Part shown: one piece after another, positions 1 to 9,507 of the stretch
Numbering within the stretch: position 1 is the stretch's first letter
Layout: every line of letters starts with the position of its first letter
Virus record (IMG/VR): IMGVR_UViG_3300042257_000362
Span: 62,001-99,745 of that record
Reading direction: 5' to 3' (one strand)
DNA from: an uncultured virus (IMG/VR IMGVR_UViG_3300042257_000362)
Lineage: Duplodnaviria; Heunggongvirae; Uroviricota; Caudoviricetes
DNA: 37,745 nt
Notes under the pieces: generated by a model
What the model was told of the DNA's origin: nothing
Database searches by the model: none
Seen by the model: the letters and a program-made list of their open reading frames with translations, nothing else
Position numbers and translations under genes: made by a program

Positions 1-816
1 TTTGATGAAGACGCAAAAGGGACACTTGACTGCGGAATCATCTCATCTATGAATGGTGGAACACTTACAGTTATTGATTTAAAGACAGGTAGATTACCAG
101 TGTATGCATTTGACACAGAAGAAGACTCGTTCAACACACAACTTGCCATATATGCACTTTACCTATACAAGGTATACAAAGACTTATATCCAGTTAATAA
201 AGTAAGGCTTGTAATTTACCAACCTGTTATCAATAACACCAATGAATACGAGATGGATTTAGAAGAGTTATTGAAGTTTGAAACAGAAGTATTATTGCCA
301 GCAGTCGAAAAAACAAGAACAGGATATCTAGAAGGAAATACGGGTAAACATTGCAGATACTGTTCCGGAAGATTTATGTGTGTAAAAAGAGGAGATGAAT
401 TTATAAAAATGTCAAAAGAATTAATAAAACCTTTGTCAGTTCACTCTGATGAAAAGATAGAAGAATTTTTACCAAAGCTAGATGACTATATACGTTATGC
501 AAATGAGCTGAAAGAGTTCGCAATCAATCGAGCAAAAAACGGTCATAAATGGAATGGATTTAAGTTGGTTCATGCTCGAGTTTCAAGAAAAGTAACAGAC
601 GAAGCTGGGTTGATAAAGGCTTGTGAAGAAGTTGGAATTGATCCATATGGTGCACAAAAAGTCGCAGGAATTACAGAACTGACCAAACGAATCGGTAAAG
701 ACAAAGTCACTAGCATTATCGGACCCTACATTACGATGCAAACAGGTTCCATGATACTAGTGCCAGAAACAGATCCTCGTGAAGAGGTAACAACAATAGA
801 AGAAGGAGAAAAATAA
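1..816 (+). CDS. DUF2800-like PD-(D/E)XK (Cas4-like) phage nuclease, 5'-truncated by the window
   Basis: Frame is open from base 1 (FDEDAKGTLDC...); GTLD..IDLKTG, QLAIYA and HCRYC..C motifs. Confidence 0.8.
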   Translation, partial: FDEDAKGTLDCGIISSMNGGTLTVIDLKTGRLPVYAFDTEEDSFNTQLAIYALYLYKVYKDLYPVNKVRLVIYQPVINNTNEYEMDLEELLKFETEVLLPAVEKTRTGYLEGNTGKHCRYCSGRFMCVKRGDEFIKMSKELIKPLSVHSDEKIEEFLPKLDDYIRYANELKEFAINRAKNGHKWNGFKLVHARVSRKVTDEAGLIKACEEVGIDPYGAQKVAGITELTKRIGKDKVTSIIGPYITMQTGSMILVPETDPREEVTTIEEGEK

Positions 817-817
817 A

Positions 818-1786
818 ATGTTGAATATTATTGAAGGAAAAGAACAACGCCCAAAGAAAATCGTCATTTATGGACCAGAAGGAATCGGAAAGTCGACATT
901 CGCGAGTCAATTTCCTGATCCACTATTTATTGATACTGAGGGCGGAACAAGCAATTTAGATGTAAGAAGAATCAAATGTAACAAATCATGGAATGAACTA
1001 ATTGCCATAGTAAAAGAAATCCATGTGAATCCACATATTTGTAAGACTGTCGTATTGGATACAGCTGACTGGTCTGAAACGTTATGTACAAATGCTGTAT
1101 GTGAAAAGTACCGAAAAAACAATATAGAAGATTTTGGATATGGTAAGGGTTATGTCTACTTAGTGGATGAGTTTGCAAGGTTACTTACTCTACTTGACCG
1201 GTTAATCGAAGTAGGTATCAATGTTGTGATTACTGCTCATGCCAAGCCACGTAAATTTGAACTACCAGAAGAACAAGGATCATTTGACAGATACGAGATG
1301 AAACTATCAAGACAAGTAGCTCCTTTAATCAAAGAGTGGAGTGACGCATTATTCTTTGTGAATTACAAGATCTATGTCGTTACAACTGATACCAATAAGA
1401 AAAAAGCTCAAGGTGGGAAACGTGTTTTATATACCACACATAATCCAACTTATGATGCAAAGAACAGATTCGATTTACCAGAAGAACTTGAACTTGATTT
1501 TAAAGCTATCTCACATCTATTTGAAATTTACGATGTCCCAGCAGATGAAGTAATGGACTACGACTCAAAAGATATTACAACGTTAGCTTTTGTTGAAGAA
1601 CTTAGAAAGAAATTGGAACAAGAAGACGTTACCGAAGAACAGTTGCAAAAAGTAGTAGCCGCAAAAGGTCACTATGAATTAGAAACACCAATTAGTGAAT
1701 ATTCAGACGATTTCATTACACGTTGGATTATTCCGAATTGGAAGAAGATTGTAGAAGCAATAAAAAATGAAAAAGGAGAACAATAA
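818..1786 (+). CDS. Phage ATP-binding protein, AAA_24/Sak4-like recombinase
   Basis: Walker A GPEGIGKS, FIDTEGG, Walker B VVLDT, GYGKGY, AKNR; RBS AAGGAG. Confidence 0.85.
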   Translation: MLNIIEGKEQRPKKIVIYGPEGIGKSTFASQFPDPLFIDTEGGTSNLDVRRIKCNKSWNELIAIVKEIHVNPHICKTVVLDTADWSETLCTNAVCEKYRKNNIEDFGYGKGYVYLVDEFARLLTLLDRLIEVGINVVITAHAKPRKFELPEEQGSFDRYEMKLSRQVAPLIKEWSDALFFVNYKIYVVTTDTNKKKAQGGKRVLYTTHNPTYDAKNRFDLPEELELDFKAISHLFEIYDVPADEVMDYDSKDITTLAFVEELRKKLEQEDVTEEQLQKVVAAKGHYELETPISEYSDDFITRWIIPNWKKIVEAIKNEKGEQ

Positions 1787-1788
1787 TC

Positions 1789-2244
1789 ATGGAAGAAAAT
1801 AAAAACATGTTGATGGACTGGAATGATTCCATCGAAGAAGACGGACAGGAGTTAGTCATATTACCAGAAGGTGATTACAACTTTATAGTAACTCATTTTG
1901 AACGAGGAAGATTTCCTGGAGGGGCTAAGATTCCTGCATGTAATAAAGCAACGATTACAGTACAAGTAGAATCCGAAGAAGGAAGAGCTATAGTGAAGTT
2001 TGATCTGTTGTTATATCGCACAATCGAATGGCGTATTTCATCATTCTTTAGATGCATCGGACAAAAAAAACATGGTGAGAAATTATCAATGGATTGGAAT
2101 AAAGTACTTGGTTCCAAAGGTCGTGCACACTTCAAACCTCGTAAATATGTCAATTCTTATGGTGATGAAAAGACAACTAATGATATCGATCGCTTTATCG
2201 ACTACAACGAAGAGTTTTTCATTCCTGACGATCTTCCTTTTTAA
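1789..2244 (+). CDS. DUF669-like phage single-stranded DNA-binding protein
   Basis: LPEGDYNF start of fold, acidic C-terminal DDLPF tail, position after the Sak4-like gene. Confidence 0.75.
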   Translation: MEENKNMLMDWNDSIEEDGQELVILPEGDYNFIVTHFERGRFPGGAKIPACNKATITVQVESEEGRAIVKFDLLLYRTIEWRISSFFRCIGQKKHGEKLSMDWNKVLGSKGRAHFKPRKYVNSYGDEKTTNDIDRFIDYNEEFFIPDDLPF

Positions 2245-2247
2245 GAG

Positions 2248-3834
2248 GTGTCAGGTATGGAACTTAGACCTTATCAAAATGAAGCTGTAGATGCAATTAG
2301 AAACGAATGGGTACAAGGCCATCAAAAAACGTTATTAGTACTTCCAACTGGTACAGGTAAAACAATTGTATTTTCAAAGGTAGTGGAGGAAGAGACGAAG
2401 GATGGAAGTAAAGCACTTATCCTTGCCCATCGTGGAGAATTGCTCGATCAAGCTTCAGAGAAACTATTTGAAACCAGTGGATTGGATTCGGCTTTAGAAA
2501 AAGCTGAGTCCTCTGCCATTGGCTCATCAGAACAAGTAACTGTAGCATCGGTTCAAACATTATCACAACATAAACGACTCACTAACTTTCCTAGTGATTA
2601 TTTCAAGACAATCGTAGTAGATGAAGCGCATCATTCAATGAGTGATACATATCAGCGAATACTAAGTCATTTTGAAGGTGCAAATGTTCTAGGAGTTACT
2701 GCCACACCTGATAGATCAGATCAAAAGAATCTAGGAAAATACTTTGATTCAAAAGCATATGAATATTCACTACATCAAGCAATCAAAGAAGGATATCTAG
2801 CACCAGTAAGAGCACAGATGATTCCGCTTGAACTAGATATCCATAGTGTAGGTGTATCCAATGGTGATTATGCTGTAGGTGAAGTTGGATCAGCACTAGA
2901 ACCATATCTTAATCAAATCGCACTAGAAATGCTGAATTACTGTAAGGGTAGAAAGACAGTCGTATTCTTGCCATTAGTAAAGACATCACAGAAGTTTTGT
3001 GAACTGTTGAACTTACATGGGATACGAGCAGCTGAAGTAAACGGAAACAGTAAAGACAGAGATGAAATCTTAGCTGACTTTGAAGCTGGAGAATATGACG
3101 TATTGTGTAATTCGATGCTTTTAACAGAAGGTTGGGATTGTCCTTCAGTAGATACTATTGTTGTGTTAAGACCAACGAAAATAAGAAGCCTTTATCAACA
3201 AATGGTCGGACGTGGTATGAGACTACATCCTGGAAAGAAAGAGTTATTATTGCTTGATTTCTTATGGATGACAGAACGCCACGATTTATGTAGACCTTCC
3301 GCACTTGTTTCAAAAGATGAAGATCTAGCAAAACGTATCGATCAGAAAATGATGGATCAAGAATCTGGTATCGATTTAATGGAAGCTGAAGTCGAAGCAG
3401 AAAGAGACGCTATTCAAGAACGTGAAGATGCATTGGCTAGAGAACTTGCTTCAATGCGTAAACGAAAATCGAAACTTGTGGATCCAATTCAATATGCATT
3501 TTCTATTTCAGCAGAAGATTTGGCTAGTTATGAACCGACCTTTGTTTGGGAAATGGGACCTGCTACAGATAAGCAATTAAAGTATCTAGAAAATCATGGA
3601 ATCTTTCCTGATGCAGTATCAAGCTGTGGTATGGCAAGTATGCTGATTGAGAAGTTGAAAAACAGACAAATTGAAGGATTAGCAACACCGAAACAAATAC
3701 GCTTCTTAGAACGATACGGATTCTTACATGTCGGTATGTGGGCATTTGAAGCAGCAAGCAAAATGATTACAAGAATTGCAGATAATCGTTGGACATTACC
3801 AAGAACAATCAATGCTGCAACTTATAGACCATAG
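2248..3834 (+). CDS. SF2 DEAD/DEAH-box helicase
   Basis: LRPYQ, PTGTGKT, DEAHH, TATP, LTEGWD, QMVGRG motifs; start could be GTG 2248 or ATG 2257. Confidence 0.92.
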   Translation: MSGMELRPYQNEAVDAIRNEWVQGHQKTLLVLPTGTGKTIVFSKVVEEETKDGSKALILAHRGELLDQASEKLFETSGLDSALEKAESSAIGSSEQVTVASVQTLSQHKRLTNFPSDYFKTIVVDEAHHSMSDTYQRILSHFEGANVLGVTATPDRSDQKNLGKYFDSKAYEYSLHQAIKEGYLAPVRAQMIPLELDIHSVGVSNGDYAVGEVGSALEPYLNQIALEMLNYCKGRKTVVFLPLVKTSQKFCELLNLHGIRAAEVNGNSKDRDEILADFEAGEYDVLCNSMLLTEGWDCPSVDTIVVLRPTKIRSLYQQMVGRGMRLHPGKKELLLLDFLWMTERHDLCRPSALVSKDEDLAKRIDQKMMDQESGIDLMEAEVEAERDAIQEREDALARELASMRKRKSKLVDPIQYAFSISAEDLASYEPTFVWEMGPATDKQLKYLENHGIFPDAVSSCGMASMLIEKLKNRQIEGLATPKQIRFLERYGFLHVGMWAFEAASKMITRIADNRWTLPRTINAATYRP

Positions 3835-3844
3835 GAGGACATCA

Positions 3845-5830
3845 ATGGACAGTATATTAGAAGCTTTAAAACAAATAGATGCATCAAACACAACATATGA
3901 AGAATGGATACAAATAGGTATGGCACTAAAAGCCGAAGGATATGACTGTTCAGTATGGAATGATTGGAGCAAGAATGACAACCGTTATAAAGACGGTGAA
4001 TGTTCTATGAAATGGGGAACTTTCAAAGGTTCCTCTATTCCTATATCAGGTGGAACGATTATCAAGATGGCAAAAGACACAGGATGGGAACCTTATGGTG
4101 GAGTAATGGATTGGAACGATACGATTGAATATGATGGCGATGGACTAATTTATGATCCAACAACAGACCTCACTCCTTCTGAACAACTCATAAAATACTT
4201 GGATACACTTTTTTATGATGATGAATATGTAGGCTATGTAACAAATGATGTATGGCAAAACAGTGATGGGAAATGGATACCTAAAAAAGGACAGTACGAT
4301 CGAACAGCCGCAGAACTTATTAATTTACTTGAAAAACATCCTAATGACATAGGTGCAGTTCTAGGTGATTCTAAAGAAGAGTGTGGAGCTTGGATCAGAT
4401 TTAATCCAGTTGATGGTGTTGGTGTCAAAAATGAAAACATTGTACGCTTTACGCATGCGCTCGTTGAATCAGACGATATGCCGATATCCGAACAAGATGC
4501 AATTTATCGTAAGTTTGAGCTACCAATTACTTGCTTAGTACATAGTGGTAATAGAAGTTTGCATGCCATAGTAAAAGTTGATGCCAAAGATTCAGAAGAG
4601 TACCGTAAAAGGGTCGATTTTCTATATGATTTCTTAAACAAGAACGGACTAAAAATAGATAGAGCGAACAGAAATCCTTCAAGGCTATCACGTTTACCTG
4701 GAGTGATAAGAAACGGTGTCATGCAAACTTTAGTAGATACTGATATTGGTAGAAGAAGTTGGAATGAGTGGATGGATTTTGTTGAAGGAAACGCTGATGA
4801 GCTTCCAAGTGTTGATTCACTTGATGAGGCATTATCAAATCTTCCACCATTAGCTCCAGAACTTATTGAAGACGTTGTTAGAGTAGGACACAAAATGCTC
4901 ATATCAGGTTCATCTAAAGCAGGAAAGAGTTTTTTATTAATGGAATTAGCGGTCGCTTTATCTGAAGGTATGAAGTGGCTTGGTTTTCAATGCAAAAAAT
5001 CAAAAGTGTTCTATGTGAATTTGGAAATCGATAGAGCGAGCTGTTTAAATCGGTTTGACAAAATATATAAAGCATTAAAGTTAAAACCAAAAAACAGCTC
5101 AAATATAAAAGTATGGAACTTGCGTGGACGTGCAATGCCACTTGATAAACTAGTACCTAAACTCATACGTAAAGTGAAAAATCAAGGCTTTGATGCGATT
5201 ATTATAGATCCAATTTATAAAGTAATTACAGGTGATGAAAACAATGCGAGTGAAATGGGAGCTTTTTCTAATGAATTCGATAAGATTTGCAATGAAACAG
5301 GCTGTGCAGCTATTTACTCACATCATCATAGCAAGGGGAATCAAGGATACAAAAAAGCTATGGACAGAGCGAGTGGTAGTGGGGTATTTGCACGTGATCC
5401 TGACGCACAACTTGATATGATACAGCTCGAAGCAGATGAAGATTTTATGCTACAGAATGCTGATAACCCTAATTCTACAGCGTGGAGACTAGAGAGTAGT
5501 TTACGTGAATTTCCTAATTTTAAACCAGTAAACTTTTGGTTTGAATATCCGATACATCGAGTTGATGATACGGGGATTCTTCAAAAGGTATATGCTAATG
5601 GGGATCCTAAGGGTAATTTGACTAAAAGTGGAAAACGAAATCAAACTCCCGAGTCAAGAAAAGAAGAGTTTGATCGCGCATTTGATATCAACGTGGGTAA
5701 AAATGGAGTATGTGATATTGATGAACTCGCTGAGTACTTAGGAGTTAGCGAGCGAACTATAAGAAATAGAATCAAAGAGTTTGATGAAGAATATACAAGA
5801 GTGAAAAACGACATTTCACGAAAAACTTAG
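3845..5830 (+). CDS. Primase-helicase replication protein (PriCT-2-like N-terminus, AEP-like primase, AAA_25/RepA-like ATPase, C-terminal HTH)
   Basis: YEEWIQIGMALK..WNDWS; LVESD and HSGNRSLHAI; Walker A GSSKAGKS, IIIDP, HHHSKG; ELAEYLGVSERTIR; RBS AGGAGG supports a start at 3845. Confidence 0.85.
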   Translation: MDSILEALKQIDASNTTYEEWIQIGMALKAEGYDCSVWNDWSKNDNRYKDGECSMKWGTFKGSSIPISGGTIIKMAKDTGWEPYGGVMDWNDTIEYDGDGLIYDPTTDLTPSEQLIKYLDTLFYDDEYVGYVTNDVWQNSDGKWIPKKGQYDRTAAELINLLEKHPNDIGAVLGDSKEECGAWIRFNPVDGVGVKNENIVRFTHALVESDDMPISEQDAIYRKFELPITCLVHSGNRSLHAIVKVDAKDSEEYRKRVDFLYDFLNKNGLKIDRANRNPSRLSRLPGVIRNGVMQTLVDTDIGRRSWNEWMDFVEGNADELPSVDSLDEALSNLPPLAPELIEDVVRVGHKMLISGSSKAGKSFLLMELAVALSEGMKWLGFQCKKSKVFYVNLEIDRASCLNRFDKIYKALKLKPKNSSNIKVWNLRGRAMPLDKLVPKLIRKVKNQGFDAIIIDPIYKVITGDENNASEMGAFSNEFDKICNETGCAAIYSHHHSKGNQGYKKAMDRASGSGVFARDPDAQLDMIQLEADEDFMLQNADNPNSTAWRLESSLREFPNFKPVNFWFEYPIHRVDDTGILQKVYANGDPKGNLTKSGKRNQTPESRKEEFDRAFDINVGKNGVCDIDELAEYLGVSERTIRNRIKEFDEEYTRVKNDISRKT

Positions 5831-5832
5831 TA

Positions 5833-5959
5833 TTGGAAAAGTTGGAAAATACATATTTCCAAGAAAATTGATTGTTTTGGAAAATAGGAAAAAAACTCCT
5901 TTATTCCATTTGGAAAAAAACTTGGAAAATAGGGCTTATATATACATGTTGTTTCCAAC
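5833..5959. repeat. Cluster of TTGGAAAA iteron-like repeats
   Basis: TTGGAAAA at 5833, 5842, 5877, 5910 and 5922; inverted TTTCCAA copies near 5856 and 5952. Confidence 0.75.
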
Positions 5960-5961
5960 AC

Positions 5962-6030
5962 GCTGACGCATAGTTTGTAGGATAGGGCTTGTAAGCCTGC
6001 CCTATCCCAAACAAATGCATCAACGTCAGC
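5962..6030. other. Long GC-rich imperfect inverted repeat (hairpin/cruciform)
   Basis: Nested arms GCTGACG/CGTCAGC, GTTTG/CAAAC and GGATAGGGC/GCCCTATCC. Confidence 0.8.
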
Positions 6031-6083
6031 ACTTGCCTTTCTTCAACTAAAAATTCTAAAAAATTCTGAAAAAGGAGGAAACT

Positions 6084-6506
6084 ATGAAAATATTTCTATT
6101 ACTAGATCCACCAACAATAACAGCACAACAAAATAAAGTAACACTGGTGAACAACAAACCAGTTTTCTATAAACCGGAAAAATTAAAGAAAGCAAGACGA
6201 ACAATAATCAAACACTTAAGACCATTCAAACCAAAGGAACCAATGCAAGGTCCGATTAGGCTTGATGTGATATGGAGATTTCCAAAAGGTAAAAGACATA
6301 AGCATCAGGAATGGAGAGTCACTAGACCAGACACAGATAATCTGGAGAAGATGCTGAAGGACTGTATGACAGAAGTCGGATTTTGGAATGATGATGCCCA
6401 AGTAGTAGTTGAACATGTGGAAAAATTATGGTCCGATGATCCAACAGGGATATCAATTGAAATTAATGTGTTAAGTAAATTCAAGGAGGAAGAAGATGAC
6501 GGCTAA
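6084..6506 (+). CDS. rusA: RusA-family Holliday junction resolvase
   Basis: RPDTDNLEKMLKD and WNDDAQVV motifs. Confidence 0.88.
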   Translation: MKIFLLLDPPTITAQQNKVTLVNNKPVFYKPEKLKKARRTIIKHLRPFKPKEPMQGPIRLDVIWRFPKGKRHKHQEWRVTRPDTDNLEKMLKDCMTEVGFWNDDAQVVVEHVEKLWSDDPTGISIEINVLSKFKEEEDDG

Positions 6507-6906
6507 AGAGTACCTAAGCAGATATCACAATACAAAAGTGAAAATTGAAAAGCTACAAGCATTAGTAGATACGTACATACGTTTGGCTAATGAAATACCG
6601 GGCATTCAATTTGATGCAATTCGAGTTGATGGTGGCAAAAGTCTGAAAGCTCCCTTTGAGAAGTGGATACTTAAGACTTTGGATTATGAGATTGAAATCA
6701 AAGAAATGAAACGAAAACTACCTGGTTATAAGAAAGAAGCAATACAAGCTATAGAAGAAATTGAAGATCAAAATTATCAATTGATTTTAGTTTATAGATA
6801 TATTGATTGGTTAAGTTGGAGACAAATTGCTGAAAGAATGTTCTTCTCATCAGCTACAATAAGAAGATGGCATGATAAGGCTTTGTTGGAAATCGAGATT
6901 GATTGA
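6496..6906 (+). CDS. DUF1492/RinA/ArpU-like late transcriptional regulator
   Basis: MTAKEYLS start; C-terminal sigma region 4-like LVYRYIDWLSWRQIAERMFFS..TIRRWHDKAL; last gene before the late region. Confidence 0.8.
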   Translation: MTAKEYLSRYHNTKVKIEKLQALVDTYIRLANEIPGIQFDAIRVDGGKSLKAPFEKWILKTLDYEIEIKEMKRKLPGYKKEAIQAIEEIEDQNYQLILVYRYIDWLSWRQIAERMFFSSATIRRWHDKALLEIEID

Positions 6907-6909
6907 AAG

Positions 6910-6940
6910 AACTAAAGGAGTTTGCAGCTACTCCTTAGTT
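6910..6940. terminator. Hairpin between convergent genes, possibly a bidirectional terminator
   Basis: AACTAAAGGAG...CTCCTTAGTT inverted repeat. Confidence 0.5.
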
Positions 6941-7113
6941 TCGATTTGTTTCTTGATTTGGTTAATCTTTAGTGTAATGAACTCTATCATTGCTTTAATG
7001 TGTTTATGCTCTACTTTTAGTAGTGTCTCATCATCTTTAGTAATGATAGTTGATTCATCATCAATCGCTACATGATAACCTTTAATTTTGAGTTCAACAA
7101 TTGTTTCCTTCAT
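6928..7113 (-). CDS. Small hypothetical protein (61 aa), antisense to the prophage
   Basis: ATG at 7113 preceded by GAGAGGAG RBS; lies wholly in intergenic space. Confidence 0.6.
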   Translation of the reverse strand: MKETIVELKIKGYHVAIDDESTIITKDDETLLKVEHKHIKAMIEFITLKINQIKKQIETKE

Positions 7114-7165
7114 AGTATCAACTCCTCTCATAACAGTATGTGTAAAATCTGCGAGGGCAAAATGA

Positions 7166-7231
7166 CAAGGTTGAGCAAGGTTGATATATTGTGAAACTGT
7201 CAAGGGTGTGATAGTATTATAATGAGCAAGG
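7166..7231 (+). promoter_or_regulatory. Putative late promoter with CAAGG direct repeats
   Basis: CAAGGTTGA at 7166 and 7176; TATAAT at 7218-7223; TGAGCAAGG at 7172 and 7223; no consensus -35. Confidence 0.55.
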
Positions 7232-7277
7232 TGTAAGATACATGGAATACTGGCTTAACAACCAGCCTAGAAATGAG

Positions 7278-7307
7278 AAGAATTCATATAATTATGGGTT
7301 CTTTTTT
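7278..7307 (+). terminator. Intrinsic terminator in the late leader
   Basis: AGAATTCATA-TAAT-TATGGGTTCT stem followed by a T-tract. Confidence 0.65.
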
Positions 7308-7382
7308 GTTTTTGCAGAGATACTTGTAGTATTCCAACTCGTAAACAATTACAATTTTATGTTACAGTTGGAGTGATTTTTT

Positions 7383-7907
7383 ATGAAAGGAAAGATGCTT
7401 GACACGTATGAGCGTTGGGAGAAATCTGGACATTTAGAAAACAAATTAAAAGCAATATCAGAGATGATATCAAAAAGAGCTACTCAAAAACAGGTAGCTG
7501 AATATTTAGGTATCACAGAAAAGACAATCATCAAGTTACGTAAATCACACAAACGATTAGATGATGCTTTTCAATTTGGTGATGAGGACTTGAGGCAAAA
7601 ACTAGTAGATGCTGTTTATCAACGTGCGATTGGCTTTGAATATGAAGAAACACAAACCGTTATTGAGGAAACAAAGACAGGTACGAAAAAGCGTATCACA
7701 AAATACAAGAAACAATCATTACCAGATATTCAAGCGATCAAGTATCTGCTGATTACGAAGTTTGGTATCGAATATAACGAAAAGAAAGCAGAAATTGAGC
7801 TTATGGAAAAACGCCTAGAAAAAGGTGAGGAGGTATGGACAAATGAATATAGTGATGAAATCAGTACAAGTACTCCAAGAGTACGAAAACAATCCAAGAA
7901 ACAATGA
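7383..7907 (+). CDS. HTH protein resembling terminase small subunits
   Basis: HTH TQKQVAEYLGITEKTI; AVYQRAIGFEYEE...KKQSLPDIQAIKYLL resembles the TerS-type 'LGYEYEE..PD..A' pattern. Confidence 0.6.
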   Translation: MKGKMLDTYERWEKSGHLENKLKAISEMISKRATQKQVAEYLGITEKTIIKLRKSHKRLDDAFQFGDEDLRQKLVDAVYQRAIGFEYEETQTVIEETKTGTKKRITKYKKQSLPDIQAIKYLLITKFGIEYNEKKAEIELMEKRLEKGEEVWTNEYSDEISTSTPRVRKQSKKQ

Positions 7908-9054
7908 TGAGGCAATTAAAGCAGTTGCTAATTCAATCAGAGAATTCGGTTTTAAAGTACCGATTGTGATTACTAGTGATAACGTCATTATAGCCGGACA
8001 TACCCGCTTAAAAGCCTCTGTGTCGCTTGGTTTAACTGAAGTGCCGTGTATTATCGCAGATGACTTAAACGAGGAACAGATCAAAGCATTTAGGCTTGCT
8101 GATAACAAGACAGCTGAACTGGCTAGTTGGGATTTATCAAAGCTTGAGGATGAACTTGCAAACTTGGATATGGATATGCTTCAGTTTGGATTTGAAGAGA
8201 TGGAAGAGTTGCTTCCTGATAATGCAGCGGATGATGATTTTGATATTGATGATGAAATCCCTGAAGTTCCATTCTCGCAATCTGGTGACATTTATGAGTT
8301 AGGTCCTCATCGAGTGTTGTGTGGTGATTCAACTGATCCCGAACAAGTGAAAAAATTATTAGATGGCAAAGTAGTAGATATGATTTTTACTGATCCTCCT
8401 TACAATGTTGATTATGAAGGGACAGCTGGAAAGATCAAAAACGATAAGATGGAAGACGATACTTTCTATCTTTTTTTATTGGCTGCTTTTCAGAATATGT
8501 TTGAACATACAAAACCTGGTGGTGCGATCTATTGTTGCCATGCTGATACAGAAGGACTCAACTTTAGAAATGCATTCAAGAGTGCTGGTTATAAATTAGC
8601 TGAATGTTTGATTTGGGTCAAGAATGCTTTAGTACTTGGACGACAAGATTATCATTGGAGACATGAGCCCATCCTTTATGGATGGAAAGAAGGTGCTGCT
8701 CATTATTTTGTTGATGATCGCTCTCAGGATACTATTTGGGAATATAACAAGCCAAGAAAGAATGAGGAACATCCAACAATGAAACCACTAGAACTTGTAG
8801 GAAAAGCAATCAGCAATTCATCAAGACGTCATGAAACTATTCTTGATTTGTTTGGTGGTTCTGGTTCAACCATGATTGCTGCGGATCAATTAGACCGTAA
8901 AGCGTATCTGATGGAACTAGATGAGAAGTTTATCGATGTTATTGTTAAACGCTACATCAAACATAAAGAATCAAACGAGAATTGCTATTTGATTAGAAAT
9001 GGAGAAAGGTCTCCACTTAGCGATTTTGGTTACTTTGAAAATAAGTCTCTATAG
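7843..9054 (+). CDS. ParB-like N-terminal domain fused to an N4/N6 DNA methyltransferase (beta class)
   Basis: NNPRNN..IIAGHTRLKA..RLADNK; catalytic DPPY, HPTMKP, SAM-binding DLFGGSGST; RBS GAGGAGG supports a start at 7843. Confidence 0.92.
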   Translation: MNIVMKSVQVLQEYENNPRNNDEAIKAVANSIREFGFKVPIVITSDNVIIAGHTRLKASVSLGLTEVPCIIADDLNEEQIKAFRLADNKTAELASWDLSKLEDELANLDMDMLQFGFEEMEELLPDNAADDDFDIDDEIPEVPFSQSGDIYELGPHRVLCGDSTDPEQVKKLLDGKVVDMIFTDPPYNVDYEGTAGKIKNDKMEDDTFYLFLLAAFQNMFEHTKPGGAIYCCHADTEGLNFRNAFKSAGYKLAECLIWVKNALVLGRQDYHWRHEPILYGWKEGAAHYFVDDRSQDTIWEYNKPRKNEEHPTMKPLELVGKAISNSSRRHETILDLFGGSGSTMIAADQLDRKAYLMELDEKFIDVIVKRYIKHKESNENCYLIRNGERSPLSDFGYFENKSL

Positions 9055-9065
9055 TGAAAATATAA

Positions 9066-9118
9066 CTTGCTATTTAGTCCTTTTAGAGTGATATATATAG
9101 TAACCAAATTAAAGGAGG
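9066..9118 (+). promoter_or_regulatory. Phage promoter-like motif, copy 1
   Basis: CTTGCTA..AGAGTGATATATA..ACCAAA..GGAGG; same layout at 28789 and 32758. Confidence 0.65.
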
Positions 9119-9124
9119 CTATTT

Positions 9125-9502
9125 ATGTTTAAGGAATTTAACGCACATCCGAAAGGAATCAAAACTGGAGATTGTGTAGTAAGAGCAATTGCAACAGCAA
9201 CCGATACGGATTACTTAGAATGTCGCAGGGAATTGAATCGTAAGAAACGAGAGTTAGGGTATTCGAGTTACAAAGATACGAAGTTCTTATACGATTATCT
9301 GAAAGGCTATCCAAGACTTATATTCAAGGCAGTAAAAGGTGAACCTAGAATCAAAGGTAGTGATTTTACCGAGTTACATCCAAAAGGGACTTACATCTTA
9401 AAAATGGCTGGTCATATAACCGCTTGTGTAAATGGAGTGATACTTGATACTTGGGATTGTTCATATCGTTCAGTTTATACAGCATGGGAGATAGCAAAAT
9501 AA
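9125..9502 (+). CDS. Hypothetical protein with a possible papain-like Cys-His-Asp triad
   Basis: GDCVVRAI...GHITAC...ILDTWD; strong RBS, own promoter-like motif and terminator. Confidence 0.65.
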   Translation: MFKEFNAHPKGIKTGDCVVRAIATATDTDYLECRRELNRKKRELGYSSYKDTKFLYDYLKGYPRLIFKAVKGEPRIKGSDFTELHPKGTYILKMAGHITACVNGVILDTWDCSYRSVYTAWEIAK

Positions 9503-9507
9503 GAACT

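Noticed and set aside
3776..3844. Longer N-terminus for the primase-helicase
   Set aside because: Overlaps the helicase gene; the AGGAGG RBS supports ATG 3845
5833..5959. CRISPR array
   Set aside because: Repeats are only 8-12 bp, irregularly spaced and in both orientations; no cas operon, and the Cas4-like gene is a normal phage DUF2800-type nuclease
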